A stretch of DNA of 64,000 bases, from contig VJWM01000025.1 of NCBI GenBank assembly GCA_010909165.1, positions 434,001-498,000 on the forward strand, written 5' to 3'. The translations under genes and the position numbers were made by a program. This DNA comes from Anthoceros angustus. Lineage: Eukaryota; Plantae; Anthocerotophyta. Below are positions 1 to 11,344 of the stretch, in pieces (within the stretch, counting starts at the first letter, position 1; each line of letters begins with the position of its first letter). Below the pieces are notes generated by a model that was not told where the DNA came from, searched no databases, and saw nothing but the letters and a program-made list of their open reading frames with translations.

Positions 1-639
1 CACTTGTTGTGGGCGGTTCGGCTTTGGTCGGTTTTATTTCGGTTTTGATCGATCCCCCTCGCTCAATGCATCCAAAAGAAATCAATATATCCGCCCCCCT
101 AATTGACATCTTTACAATCTCCTCATAACCCAGCAAGATCAAAATCTGCTATATAATGAAAACAATTTCAATGAGATTTTTTTGGGGGCACTGGAGCCAT
201 TATATGCCATAATACGTTTCTTATGTGAAATTATTAATCCAATTAAATTATAAATAAAATATACATTTAATATCATCAAAAGGAGACAATATACATGACA
301 CAGTACGCAGCCAAGCCCAAGCATCAGCAGCAGTCAAGTTGCAAGTTGCAAGACTCATCCTTGTTGCCCCAAATGCATATGTAAAGACTTTGGAATACTA
401 AAGTGAAACTCAAGATAGCATTAAGGAACCATGCACCACCTAATGAAGAGTCAGACATTATCTAGCTGTAATTTCCATAATGATCTAAGGAGTACCCACT
501 TGATATAAAAGGTTCACTTAGGTGATCAAAAGTATCTCACTTGTTCTTAAGAATCCGTGTATTTATTTGTGTACATAAATATGATGTAACTCATCTAGCT
601 TGCCGATATCCGATGGCCCTCATCCTCAGAACCGGAAGC

Positions 640-930
640 ACATAACTTCCTTGCGGACATAGTGCTGATAAATCCTAATCATTGCGGATATAGTACTGAT
701 AAACCCTAGTCAGTATCGCACGGCTCTCATCTATGCCACATGATTCATGGTTTTCGCCCTAATCAGTATTGCACGGTTCTCATATGTTCGGCATGGTTCA
801 TGGTTTCCGCCTTAATCAGTATCGCACGATTCTCATCTATGCCACACGATTCCCCATTTTTGCACCCTACTTGTGAGCTATCTCCATATGCCCCATTTTT
901 GCACCCTACGTGTGAGCCATCTCCATATGC
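640..930. repeat. Compound short tandem repeats (~32 bp x2, ~52 bp x3, 39 bp x2)
   Basis: ttgcggayatagtrctgataaa x2; aatcagtatygcacgrytctcat x3; ccccatttttgcaccctacktgtgagcyatctccatatg x2. Confidence 0.8.
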
Positions 931-1315
931 AAAGAAAGAGGGGAAGAAGAATATGAATGATTTGGCAGAACAATGTAGGCTTTGCCTCCCATTTGGTACC
1001 TGAACCAACCTAAGGATACGTAATCGGGAAGAGTTCTCTACCGTCTGCAGAGAGCACCTTGCAAAAATGACGTCTTTAGTTTTATATCTTTGGTTGACGG
1101 TGGGGGAGGGATATCGGCTGCGCTCCCGGGGCGAGCATCTAGGAACGGACATCGCACGGTAAGGAACGGCGCGCGATTGGGCGCGCACGGTTGACGGGGG
1201 GATGGACGTCCCGTTCCGTCCGACAACCGCAAGGGGTTGTGCTCGGTGATGACGTGGCCTTATAGGCTGTACCCGCAGCCTTAATGCGCATCGGGTATCG
1301 ATGGGAAAGAGGTAG

Positions 1316-4300
1316 TTATGCGGCAGAAAAGCTGGGCATGTGAGTGGTACCTACGGCAGGCAACTCTTGCGAACTGGAAGCTTTCAACACATTTTCTGGT
1401 GCAGGATCGTCTTCTTCTTCGCTTTCGGTCTCTGCTAAGTAGTCGATGTTGAACTCGGGACCATCGCCTTCTGGCATTTCCGGTCCGCATCTGTAGTTTT
1501 CGTACCATATCTCAAGACCGCTGTTATCTTTCTCAGTTTTGGCGTCCAAGATCTCGAAGGCATCCAGTAGGAAAAGCCGCCTATCTTCCTCTTTTTTTGT
1601 TTCCGAGTGCCGGGCTCTGTCAGCAAGTCGGAGTCCAGCGTGCCTGGCTTCCCATGCTATTCTGTGTCGCCTTCGATCGACATCCAGCAGTATTTCAGCA
1701 TGCTTTTGCCGAATTTGTTGTCTTTTTGCGCGCAGTTTAACCTCCTTTGCTGCGAGAGTGTTGTCAGTAAGAATTCGCAATGCAGCTCTCCTTTTGGTGG
1801 CGTTCAGATTATCGCAGGCCTCACTGTGACCTGCAAGTGCTTGCACTTCTCTTTCACTCTCGAGAAAAATCTGTCTTCTTCTCATTCGTTCAGCAGCGGA
1901 TTTTGCATCTAAGAACGAGCTGAAGGCATGGTTGTCTGCTTCGAGCTCCCATTCTGTGGTCTTGTTTAGATATCCAGTTCTTGCATGCAACAACCGTCGT
2001 TTAGCTTCCCTGTCAGCAAGTGCTGCCCGCCTCTTTTGCCTTTGCCTCAATCTGTCGTTGCACAGACGAGTTTCTAGATACGGATCCGCGGGCTCAGGCT
2101 TGTCGATCAGTTTTCTCTCCTTTTGCCTGACCAACTCTCGCTTTCTGCAAAGCGTTGCTTGCTTTATCCTTTCAATGGATCTCTGTAGCTCCTCTTCTTG
2201 CAAGGCTTTGGCTTCTGTTGCTCTCTCGTCGTCACCTCCTTGCGCCTTCGCTCCGTCATCTTGTTTCTGCTCATCCGGCTTGTCAGATTGGCTGACCAGC
2301 TCTTGGGGAGCAGGAGTATGAGTAGAAGATCCAACCAAACACACCTGCTCTTGGGGTGGATCATGCAAGACAGATTCCTTCTGCTCCTCAGGACTAGGAA
2401 GCTTTGTTTGTTGTGCATCCATTGGGCTATTAGGTCGCACGATGTTTTCTGGTCCTGCTAGGCCCGTTGAATCTATTTCTGTTTGACCTTTTGCTTTGCA
2501 GCTTTGTAACCTTGTCTTCATGCGTTTCAAGCCCTTCCGGATGTATTGACAGTCTGTAGGGCAACAGTGTGATGTGATAGCTGTCACTCTCCTTTTACAC
2601 TTGCCCTCCACAAGGCTTGAAGCTGGCTTAGGCTCAGGCCCTGGACTGCTGGTGATGGCTGAAGTGTTTTGTGGTGTGGGGGTTTTCTCTGTAGATGTGA
2701 TCCCACCAGTGTCCATGGGAGCTTCCGCGCTTGCTACAATATTGTCATTCTCGCTCTTGAATCTGAAAGCCTCCAACTCAGGTTCATTTCCTACTTGTCT
2801 TTCCTCGTCGGCCGATCTACTTTCCCCTTGCTCCTGGGCGCCATTAATGAAAGACGTTGTTCCACTCTTGTCAGTGGAATCCTCGTTGGAGGATCCGATT
2901 CTCTCTTGCTCCTGGCTCCCAGTGACGGACGTTCTTCTACTCTTGTTTATGGAGTTTGGGTCATCTAAGGCCACGAGAACAAAGCGTGAACGTGAGGTGA
3001 TTGTCTCCTTGGAATCATCCGCCCCAACGTCTTCAGTTGTAGTCACGGATGCTCTAGCAATCATAATTTCATTGTCTTGAAGAGCAAAGCTGTTCTTCTG
3101 CGTTGGGGCATTCTGCTGTTCATCTTTTTCCGCACCACCAGCTTGCGTGCCTTCCAAATGACCTTTCAGGATCACAGGCAGGCAACAGCTGGATAGTTTG
3201 GGTACATGAAATGACCGACGGGGGCGCTTTGGCCCGTCTTCAAGGCTTTGTAATGAAGATTCCCTCGGGCCATCCCCGTGGCTGGAGACTGTGCCAATAC
3301 CTGCCATGACTGCTCCTGGGGCTACTTCCTCGGTCCCTGCTCCTGGGTCTACTTCCTGGGTCCCTGATGTCATAAATGGCCCTTGAACCTGACTTGCACC
3401 AATATTTGTATAGAGCATCTCAGGTGTTGTTGTGACTTTGGTGAGTTCAGTCTCAGATAGGTTAGACCCCATCTGGTTGTCATGCATAGAAATGTCGTTC
3501 GTACTCATGTATGCTTTTCTCGTAAACGGGTTACAACATGCTCCTCTATCATCTTTGTGAGTTCGAGGCACGTCTGCTACTAGACTTGGAACCGGTGTGT
3601 CTAACGCGTTCGACACAGCAGCCGTCTCACCACCGCTTTGGTTTGGTGGCCCAGTGGATGCCAAACTAGGTTGTGGATCAGGTTGTGCATCTCCTTCCTG
3701 ACCACCTTCAGCCTCTTTCGTACTCCTGGGTGCCTTTCTTGTGGGGGGGTTGCAGCATGCTCCTCCATCATCTTTGTGAGTTCTAGACACTCGTGCTCCT
3801 GGACTTGCAGCCTGTGTGTCCAATGCGTTTGACACAAAAGCTGTCTCAACACTGCCTTGGTTTGTTGGCCCAATGGATGACAAACCATGAACTGGATCAG
3901 GCTGTGCATCTCCTTCCGGATCCTGACCAACCTCACCCTCTTTCGTACTCCTGGGTGCTTTTCTTGTAAAAGGGTTGCAGGATGCTCCTGTATCGATATC
4001 ATCTTTCGGAGTTCCAGACACATCTACTACTGGACTTGCAGCCTGTATGTCCAACGCGTTTGACACGACAACTGTCTCAACATTGCCTTGATTTGCTGGT
4101 CTAGAGGATGGCAAACTATGAAGGGGATCAGGCTGTGCATCGCCTTCTTGACCACCTTCAATCTCTCCCGTACTCCCGGGTGCTTTTCTTGTAAAGGGGT
4201 TGCACCATGCTCTTCTATCATCCTTTTGAGTTCCAGGCAAATCTGCTCCTGGACTTGCAGCTTCTGTGTCCAACGCGTTTGACGCATCAGTTATCTCAGC

Positions 4301-7300
4301 ACTGCCTTGGTTTGGTCGTCCAGTCGATGAAAAACTAGGAAGTGGATGAGGTTGTATGTCTCCTTGACTACTTTCAGTCTGTTGTGTACTCCTGTGTGCT
4401 TTTCTCGTAAAGGGGTTGCACCATGCTCCTGTATCATCCATATGAGTTCCAAGCATATCTGCTTCTGGACTTGCAGCCGGTGTGTCCAACGTGGTTGACA
4501 TATCTGCTGATTCAGCTGTCTGAACACTGCCTTGGTTTGGTCGTCCAGTCAATGACAGACTAGGAAGTGGATCAGGTGGTATGTCTCCTTCCTGACTCCT
4601 TATTGTCTCTTTTGTATTCCTAGGTGCTTTTCTCGTAAAGGGGTTGCACCATGCTCCTTTATCATCCTTATGAGTTCCAGGCACATCTTCTTCTGGACTT
4701 GCAGCCGGTGTGTCCAACGCGTTTGACAAAGCAGCTGTCTCAACACCGCCTTGGTTTGGTGGTCTAGTGGATGACAAACTAGGAAGTGGATTAGGTTGTG
4801 CATCTCCTTCCTGACCACCTTCGGTCTGTTTCATACTCTTGGGTGCTTTTCTCGTAAAGGGGTTGCACCATGTTCCTTCATCATCTTTTTGAGTTTCAAG
4901 CACATCTGCTTCTGGACTTGCTGCCAGTGTGTCCAACGCGTTTGAGATGGTAGTTGTCTCAACACTGCCTTGGTTTGGTGCTCCAGTGGATGGCAAACTA
5001 TGAAGTGGATCATGTTGTATGTTTCCTTCTTGACCACTTTCAGTTGCAAAGGCAGATGCAAACATTGGCATCTGATCAGATTGCAAGCTGCTATTGTGAA
5101 CTACGTCTGATGGTTGCCGCAGGTTATGAGAAAGGAATGGTGGAGCAGCATGTTGGCTATGTCTCACGTCTTGGTTTTTTTGCCACCTGCTACTATGTTG
5201 ATCGCTATCACTCACCTCAGAAGCTGGCAGGTTTGACGTGTATGCACTTGATTCACTTGATTCGCTTGCCAAAAATGTTCTCTCCCCTTCCTTTGTCATT
5301 CTAGGTGCGGTCTCAAAATTTCCACTCTCACTGGATTGATGCTCACGTATGTTGGAAACAATTTGGTTGTCATGCACACAAATGTCCTTTATTGTTGTCC
5401 TGTGGTCTCTTGTCATGGGAAAGCAACAGACCTCTTTGTTGACCTCATGGTGTTGTCGTTCCCCACTCAAAACAGCAAATGCCTGTGTATTGGCAGGGAA
5501 TGCGTCCACAGCACCGTCAGTTGCCTTCATTATTGCAAAGTCTGGGATTGATGGTCCTGTGGATGCTAGAGTGGTAGCCTCATCTCGCCTTGCTGCTTCT
5601 CTCGTATCACCTTCCTTAGTCAGAGCTCTATCTTCTCCTCTTGCTGAGGGATAGCAGCATGATGCTTTTGCGCTAACTTCACTGGGCTCCGGATGTCCAA
5701 GGATCGGAACACATGCAGCTGTTGATAGTGTTCTTCTGGTGGACGCAGGTGTGCTTGTGCTAAGAACCTTGTCATCTTTGTCAATCTGCTCATTCTTGGT
5801 TTCTTGTATGCTACTAGCTAGCATGATGCTTTTACCTTGTGTTGGTTCTCCTTCTGTTGCTTCCCTTTCATTTGCCTGTACGCCAGCTTGGAAAGAGCTT
5901 GGTAAGCTGGCAGTGTCAAGTGCACTTGAAGCTCTTGAGGTTAAGGCTGCTGCTGGTTCTGTTGTCTGAATGTTGTCTCCAGTTGGGTCTACCCTAGTCA
6001 TTTCTCCTAGAGGTGCAGAGAGGTGCTGAATCTGTATTCCATCTGTATCTGCGGAAATTGGGTTGCCATCAGATTTGGTTTGCATAGCTCCGGGGAGCAA
6101 AGTCTGAGGTACCTTTTTGTTCACAAGAGCTCCCGAGAAAATGGTCGTGGATTCCCTCGTCTTACTAGAATCACTCATGTCTTGATCTTTAAGTGCATAA
6201 ACAGATGTTTTGTGGTCTTCGAGAAGAACACCGTGTGGTTCAAAGAGTACACTCTGTGGAAGTTTGACAGCTGTATTTGTTGTTGGTTGTGGTGTGGGTG
6301 CGATTTCTGTTGTTGAGCTTCCTCTTCCGTTGAGTTCAAATATGCTTTCAATCATAGCTCCTGAGTTGTCCTCCAAATCCATGAATATAAAACCTTGCAA
6401 GTTGTCATGCTTATATGTGTCTTGCACTGTCGTCATTGATATTCCTGTTATTTGAGAAGCATCAGCCAATTCTGCCTTATCAGCACATGGGTCACTTATA
6501 CCATCGCATTCACGCATCTTCGCTTGGCCTCCATTAGAAACTGAACTTGATGCATCCTCAGGAATAATTGGACCTAAAATGCTCTTAGTTGTCGCTTCAA
6601 TTGATTTCTGTTGCTCCAATTGATTTTGTATGGGTAGCTCACGTTCTTTAATAAGCTGAGCTTGAGGGGGCTGTATAGACATGACAAGAGCTGAATTAAG
6701 GGTGTCTAGAGCTCCATCACCAACTGCCATATTATCTAGTATTAATGTGCTAGAAGGCCGAGCTCGACTAGCATTTGCTTCATTGATACTTGGTTTGTCC
6801 AGCATTTGCTCAATCTCTGGCTGTTGGTCATACGGGATTGGTATGTCACTGGAAGTCCTATTGATGGTGTCCCCTTGAATGCTCTTAGAAATCTTCTCCA
6901 CAAAGCAGAAGGGACAGGGTCCTGGAACTTGACATAAACTTGTGTCTCCCTTCTTGTCTTCGCATGGTTCAGCAATGCCATCCTTACTCTCTTTGGACGC
7001 CGTTCCAACACCATCCCCCTGCTCAAAAGGGGCAACCTCGTTATGTCTTTTCTCTGCACATGCAAAGTCTTGACTTTTAATTTCATTAGATGTCAAGTTC
7101 TCTGTGCTCGTATGTGGACTCCCGGTTCCTTGTTCTTGTGAGACGTTAGTCGTCAACACCTGGCATGTAGTTTGTTCTCCCTGATGGTCTTTGCTTAGTT
7201 TGGCTATCTCAATATTGCCAGCTCTTGAAGGCGAGGCCTCGCCAAGCAGATCGCCTTCATGGACCTTTAGCTCAACACTATCAACCTCGTCATGCCTTTG

Positions 7301-10300
7301 CTGTGCCAAGTGGATAGCACAATTTTGACTTGTGGGTTCATCTTGTGCCACGTGTGTTGTGCTCGTAGGACTCTCGTCAATTTTTGTGTGTCGTCCATTC
7401 GAAACTTGTGAGCCCGACACTTGATCCTCAGTTTGGTCTTCTTGTGTGAATTCTAATATGTCTTGTTCATCAATGTTTTCTGCTGAATGTAAGCTTGTAC
7501 CGATCTCTGCTGGCACCTCCTTTTTCCCGACACTCGCCAACTCCTCATTCTTCTCTAGAGCCAAGTTGATAGGATTTAGACTAGTGGGTTCATCAAAAGA
7601 CAGGTGTGGACTCCTTAGTATAGGAAGACTCTCTGGAATACCGCTCTGTTTTTGCGGAAAGCTTTTGGTCATTCTATCCCTTGATGGTGAAGCAAACATG
7701 GACACGCTTTTGGATATATCTTCATGTGGTGAAGGTGTTGTTGGCTCTGATGGTGGGGGTATGGCTATTTCAAGGACTTGTGTGTCCTGTATAGACTTCT
7801 TCTCGTAAGAAGGTGGCTTCGCCATTGCTACTAAAACGAAGTGTGATGTTAGCACGCTGTCAACCATATCTGTGGACGTAGTTGCTTCTGCTATAATTTT
7901 GTTAGCTCCTTCGACCTCAAGAGGCAATTTTGTGTCTCCTGAATCAAATGCCGTGGTTGAAGTTGAAGCTCTGGCAATCATATCATCCTTGGCGTCGTCA
8001 ATTGCGGCGTCGTTTCTGTCCTCGACGGGCGTCTCCTGTTCGTGTTGATTGAGTACAATTTGATTAGAGATTGTGTCGTGAGATGGTGAATCTGACCTCT
8101 GATTGTCCGTGGCCAAAGATGATCTTGAGTGGAGGTCTTCCCCAACAGTTTGAGGGTCCATTTGCTGAGCAGGCCCTACCGCTCCTGACGACTGTTCTCT
8201 TTGGTGGTTAGTGAGCCCGTCTGGGATCTCATTGCCACCAAAATCAAATTGCTTGGCTTCATACACTTGTGGTATGATGTCTCTGGTCGGTTGATGATCA
8301 TGATCACTCCCCCTTTCTTGCTGGGTACCAATTAATTCACCATCGTAGCCAGGCGGTGTGGTGTCTTTGGTGGCTTGATGATCACTCCCTCTTATTTCTT
8401 GGCTATTTAGCTCGCCCGTGTGGCCAGCTTGTTGAGGAGTGCCAGAGGCGGCCTGGGTAATACTTTGTCTCCCAGTCTTGTAGAAGGAGCTACTCACTTT
8501 AAGCAGACCAGCCTCAGTGATGGATAGGCCTGAGATAGAGAAACGTGATTGCGTTCCCTTACTATCAAGTTCAAGAATAGGCATGGGTACTGGACTGGTG
8601 CCTGTTTTGCTTTCCCCGGCTTGGTGAGCTCCGAAGGATATCTGGACAATCTCGTCCAGGTTCACGTTGTCACTCTTCTTCTGGTCACTCTTTCCGTGGT
8701 CTCTGCTTGGCGGTTTCTGCAACAGCTTATGGAGAGGAGAAGCCTCTAAAACTGCTCTCCCAGCTTCAAAGCTACCTTGAGGAACGGGTTTCTCATTGTC
8801 ATTGACCGCACGAACTGAGGTTTCTAATGACTTGGCAGGTAGTACGGGCCTTATCTGCGTGCTAGAACGGATGGTCCTGCTTTCTTGAGATGAGCCAGCA
8901 TTCTGCCTTGGCACCGTGCTGCTGATTTCAAGCTCATGCAGATTGGACACTATAGCTGCAGGCTGCTTCTCATGTTCTTCATCTATAGCTGTGTTATAAC
9001 TTGCTTGTTCCAAAGTTTTGCACCCTGAGTATACAACGCGCATACCACTATGGAAGGCCATGGTAACAAGGTGTCCGCGAGATTCCATCTTCTCAACTAA
9101 TAGTGCGTCTGTCCTTGCGGCAATGGCAGGTTCAGCACCCTGATGCGTCGCAGTGTGACAAGTTAGTTGCCCAGTTACACAAGACTCACTCGTCTCTCCT
9201 AAGCCTGTTGACAAGAAATGCTCCTGCATCTTAGAATCCACAGATTCCACCTTGGCTTTGTCACGCTGGTTACTTTTGTTAAGGGTAACGTTTGATAACC
9301 CTTTAGTAGTTGCTTCTTGGAGGTCATTTATTGCTTGGGGCACTCTGGTTGCAAAAAGGTGCTTGCGATGACTTGTGTCCATGGTAGAAGCTATTTGCTC
9401 TGTGTCAAGATGCACGTCCTGATGGTTCATGTCTTGTGTGCTTGCATTACTGGACGAGGACTTGAATAACTGTGAATCGAGGTATGTGGATCCTTCTGTT
9501 TTGGGAAATTTAGAGGGAAGAGCATCCCTGGGACTTTTCCCGCCATGAGATCTCTCCCTCATGATCCCTCTTGACAAAGTGGGCTCAGTGGATGATATCT
9601 TGCGCATGCCACCCATTGTTTCTCTCTGGGCTGCTGTGTGCCGTGAACGATCCTGGCCTCCTTGCAAGTCAACACTGCGGCCTGCTTGACTTGTGCCATG
9701 GGGACTATCTACCTCAGACTTTAAAGATATCTTTCTACCATCCGATGAAAGTCTAGAGCTATCGGGATACAAACTTGGCAACATGGTCCCGGATGTTGAA
9801 GGTAAAGAGGTTCTTTTTCTTCTTTGATGGCCCTCTGTAGTTGAATGATCTCTATTGGATTGACGTGGTTCGGCTTGTGTTTCCTGAACTAATCCGTCCT
9901 CAAGCTCCGTGTCCTTCATGTTCTTTGGTTTTGGCACGACAATGAGGTATGTCTTCTTTTTGGCGGCATCCTTGTATGGTTGACCTTGTGAAGATCTGGA
10001 ACAGGGTGCATCAGTAATTATTCCCTGTTCTGCAACCTTCGTTTTTGACGGTGTGAGGTGTGTGACTCGTGATTCTGTTTCTCCAATTTCTTGACGATCT
10101 TGTTCCTCCCGTTGCATCCCACTCTCCTCTTTCTTCTGGAGCCGTGTATCTTGGGCTGAGATGGCCCTGGTCCCGGTTATTGTAGTATTAGTTGTGGCAA
10201 ACAATGTCATGGTTGAGGCGCTATGATGTGATGCTTCCTCCGAACATTGTATCCCACTAGTTCCTGTGTGATGTTGCACCGCCAAATCCTCTGTTCCTAT

Positions 10301-10570
10301 TTGGGATGTCCTTCTCAGACTAACGTAGCCTTCTGCGGCATGGACGTCTTTCCTAGTAACCTCAGCTACCTCAGTGTTGCGTGAAGTATGAGCATCCTCC
10401 TGAAGCTTGGACAACATATTTTGGATCATGTTGATCTCAAAGTGGTTGTGCACTGGTGAGCTGGCGTTTCGTGGTGATGTCACAGTGCTTGTAATGTCAA
10501 GCTCAAAATCCATCTCAACAAATCCTACTCCAGTGCACTCCCCTGGAGCATCTTCTGCGGCGTCTCCCAT
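1316..10570 (-). CDS. Giant (3084 aa) mostly disordered Ser/Thr/Gln/Glu-rich repeat protein with C-terminal coiled coil; function unknown
   Basis: 9.25-kb uninterrupted ORF in an otherwise stop-rich context. Internal repeats keep frame. R/E/K/L-rich helical C-terminus. The frame stays open ~85 nt upstream of the ATG, so an upstream exon is possible. Confidence 0.85.
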   Translation of the reverse strand: MGDAAEDAPGECTGVGFVEMDFELDITSTVTSPRNASSPVHNHFEINMIQNMLSKLQEDAHTSRNTEVAEVTRKDVHAAEGYVSLRRTSQIGTEDLAVQHHTGTSGIQCSEEASHHSASTMTLFATTNTTITGTRAISAQDTRLQKKEESGMQREEQDRQEIGETESRVTHLTPSKTKVAEQGIITDAPCSRSSQGQPYKDAAKKKTYLIVVPKPKNMKDTELEDGLVQETQAEPRQSNRDHSTTEGHQRRKRTSLPSTSGTMLPSLYPDSSRLSSDGRKISLKSEVDSPHGTSQAGRSVDLQGGQDRSRHTAAQRETMGGMRKISSTEPTLSRGIMRERSHGGKSPRDALPSKFPKTEGSTYLDSQLFKSSSSNASTQDMNHQDVHLDTEQIASTMDTSHRKHLFATRVPQAINDLQEATTKGLSNVTLNKSNQRDKAKVESVDSKMQEHFLSTGLGETSESCVTGQLTCHTATHQGAEPAIAARTDALLVEKMESRGHLVTMAFHSGMRVVYSGCKTLEQASYNTAIDEEHEKQPAAIVSNLHELEISSTVPRQNAGSSQESRTIRSSTQIRPVLPAKSLETSVRAVNDNEKPVPQGSFEAGRAVLEASPLHKLLQKPPSRDHGKSDQKKSDNVNLDEIVQISFGAHQAGESKTGTSPVPMPILELDSKGTQSRFSISGLSITEAGLLKVSSSFYKTGRQSITQAASGTPQQAGHTGELNSQEIRGSDHQATKDTTPPGYDGELIGTQQERGSDHDHQPTRDIIPQVYEAKQFDFGGNEIPDGLTNHQREQSSGAVGPAQQMDPQTVGEDLHSRSSLATDNQRSDSPSHDTISNQIVLNQHEQETPVEDRNDAAIDDAKDDMIARASTSTTAFDSGDTKLPLEVEGANKIIAEATTSTDMVDSVLTSHFVLVAMAKPPSYEKKSIQDTQVLEIAIPPPSEPTTPSPHEDISKSVSMFASPSRDRMTKSFPQKQSGIPESLPILRSPHLSFDEPTSLNPINLALEKNEELASVGKKEVPAEIGTSLHSAENIDEQDILEFTQEDQTEDQVSGSQVSNGRHTKIDESPTSTTHVAQDEPTSQNCAIHLAQQRHDEVDSVELKVHEGDLLGEASPSRAGNIEIAKLSKDHQGEQTTCQVLTTNVSQEQGTGSPHTSTENLTSNEIKSQDFACAEKRHNEVAPFEQGDGVGTASKESKDGIAEPCEDKKGDTSLCQVPGPCPFCFVEKISKSIQGDTINRTSSDIPIPYDQQPEIEQMLDKPSINEANASRARPSSTLILDNMAVGDGALDTLNSALVMSIQPPQAQLIKERELPIQNQLEQQKSIEATTKSILGPIIPEDASSSVSNGGQAKMRECDGISDPCADKAELADASQITGISMTTVQDTYKHDNLQGFIFMDLEDNSGAMIESIFELNGRGSSTTEIAPTPQPTTNTAVKLPQSVLFEPHGVLLEDHKTSVYALKDQDMSDSSKTRESTTIFSGALVNKKVPQTLLPGAMQTKSDGNPISADTDGIQIQHLSAPLGEMTRVDPTGDNIQTTEPAAALTSRASSALDTASLPSSFQAGVQANEREATEGEPTQGKSIMLASSIQETKNEQIDKDDKVLSTSTPASTRRTLSTAACVPILGHPEPSEVSAKASCCYPSARGEDRALTKEGDTREAARRDEATTLASTGPSIPDFAIMKATDGAVDAFPANTQAFAVLSGERQHHEVNKEVCCFPMTRDHRTTIKDICVHDNQIVSNIREHQSSESGNFETAPRMTKEGERTFLASESSESSAYTSNLPASEVSDSDQHSSRWQKNQDVRHSQHAAPPFLSHNLRQPSDVVHNSSLQSDQMPMFASAFATESGQEGNIQHDPLHSLPSTGAPNQGSVETTTISNALDTLAASPEADVLETQKDDEGTWCNPFTRKAPKSMKQTEGGQEGDAQPNPLPSLSSTRPPNQGGVETAALSNALDTPAASPEEDVPGTHKDDKGAWCNPFTRKAPRNTKETIRSQEGDIPPDPLPSLSLTGRPNQGSVQTAESADMSTTLDTPAASPEADMLGTHMDDTGAWCNPFTRKAHRSTQQTESSQGDIQPHPLPSFSSTGRPNQGSAEITDASNALDTEAASPGADLPGTQKDDRRAWCNPFTRKAPGSTGEIEGGQEGDAQPDPLHSLPSSRPANQGNVETVVVSNALDIQAASPVVDVSGTPKDDIDTGASCNPFTRKAPRSTKEGEVGQDPEGDAQPDPVHGLSSIGPTNQGSVETAFVSNALDTQAASPGARVSRTHKDDGGACCNPPTRKAPRSTKEAEGGQEGDAQPDPQPSLASTGPPNQSGGETAAVSNALDTPVPSLVADVPRTHKDDRGACCNPFTRKAYMSTNDISMHDNQMGSNLSETELTKVTTTPEMLYTNIGASQVQGPFMTSGTQEVDPGAGTEEVAPGAVMAGIGTVSSHGDGPRESSLQSLEDGPKRPRRSFHVPKLSSCCLPVILKGHLEGTQAGGAEKDEQQNAPTQKNSFALQDNEIMIARASVTTTEDVGADDSKETITSRSRFVLVALDDPNSINKSRRTSVTGSQEQERIGSSNEDSTDKSGTTSFINGAQEQGESRSADEERQVGNEPELEAFRFKSENDNIVASAEAPMDTGGITSTEKTPTPQNTSAITSSPGPEPKPASSLVEGKCKRRVTAITSHCCPTDCQYIRKGLKRMKTRLQSCKAKGQTEIDSTGLAGPENIVRPNSPMDAQQTKLPSPEEQKESVLHDPPQEQVCLVGSSTHTPAPQELVSQSDKPDEQKQDDGAKAQGGDDERATEAKALQEEELQRSIERIKQATLCRKRELVRQKERKLIDKPEPADPYLETRLCNDRLRQRQKRRAALADREAKRRLLHARTGYLNKTTEWELEADNHAFSSFLDAKSAAERMRRRQIFLESEREVQALAGHSEACDNLNATKRRAALRILTDNTLAAKEVKLRAKRQQIRQKHAEILLDVDRRRHRIAWEARHAGLRLADRARHSETKKEEDRRLFLLDAFEILDAKTEKDNSGLEIWYENYRCGPEMPEGDGPEFNIDYLAETESEEEDDPAPENVLKASSSQELPAVGTTHMPSFSAA
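3520..5040 (-). repeat. In-frame coding tandem array, 7 units of 216-228 bp (72-76 aa)
   Basis: Unit consensus ..GPPNQGxVETAxxSNALDTxAASPxxDVxGTHKDDxGAWCNPFTRKAP..; motif recurs at ~4864, 4645, 4417, 4201, 3976, 3751, 3532, and all spacings are multiples of 3. Confidence 0.95.
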
Positions 10571-11344
10571 CTGTGGACACCTCTTTGGTTGGATGTCACT
10601 AGTACTAGTGTGAGCTCCTGCGATATGGTGATAGTCTGGTCGCCAATTTAACGCTTAATAACCATTTTCTAGCCCAGTTCAGAATTGGCTTTGCCAGGTT
10701 GGAAATTGGCTTGGCCAGGATGGAATGGATTGGCATGGCATACCAATCCTGATTGTGATCTCGGTGCTTCTGTGCCTTGAGGTCTGCTGGGTGGCCACAG
10801 CCGTCTGGCCTACAAGTAACCCGGTAACCTCAGTGGACAAAGTTGAGGTTTTAGATTTATGTTTGAAACTATATCCATAAGAGCTTTTTCCATTTACCTT
10901 ATGGACACGGCTCAATGGGTTGATGCATAACATAAAGGGCGTATTCAGTATATAAATTTATGGTATTGGATTCAAAATCGACCTCATAGGACAAATAGAC
11001 ATTTATTTGAATTTGGCTTTCCATAATAGTTATCTCTAGAAGTTTGCAATCTTCTATATGTTTGTTGTTTTTTAAATAAAATATTTTTTACTTGTATATT
11101 TTGACATGCTATAGCTTTTCATAGAATGTTGGATGTGATAAAAAAATTAAAATATTTTAATATTTTAAAATATAAAAAATATTCTTAACAATAAGGTATT
11201 GCTTAAAGATTTGATTACATCAAATAAGTCTAGTTAGTTAAACTTAGGATTTTAGCAATAGAATCAGGAATGAAACCTAAAAGTCAAGAGGAGTCCTACA
11301 AATTTGTATTCCACCATAACACCTATACTTAAAATTTTAAAGAT

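Noticed and set aside
1-105. Possible MITE/hAT terminus (cggtt-rich)
   Set aside because: The partner end would lie outside the window, so it cannot be supported
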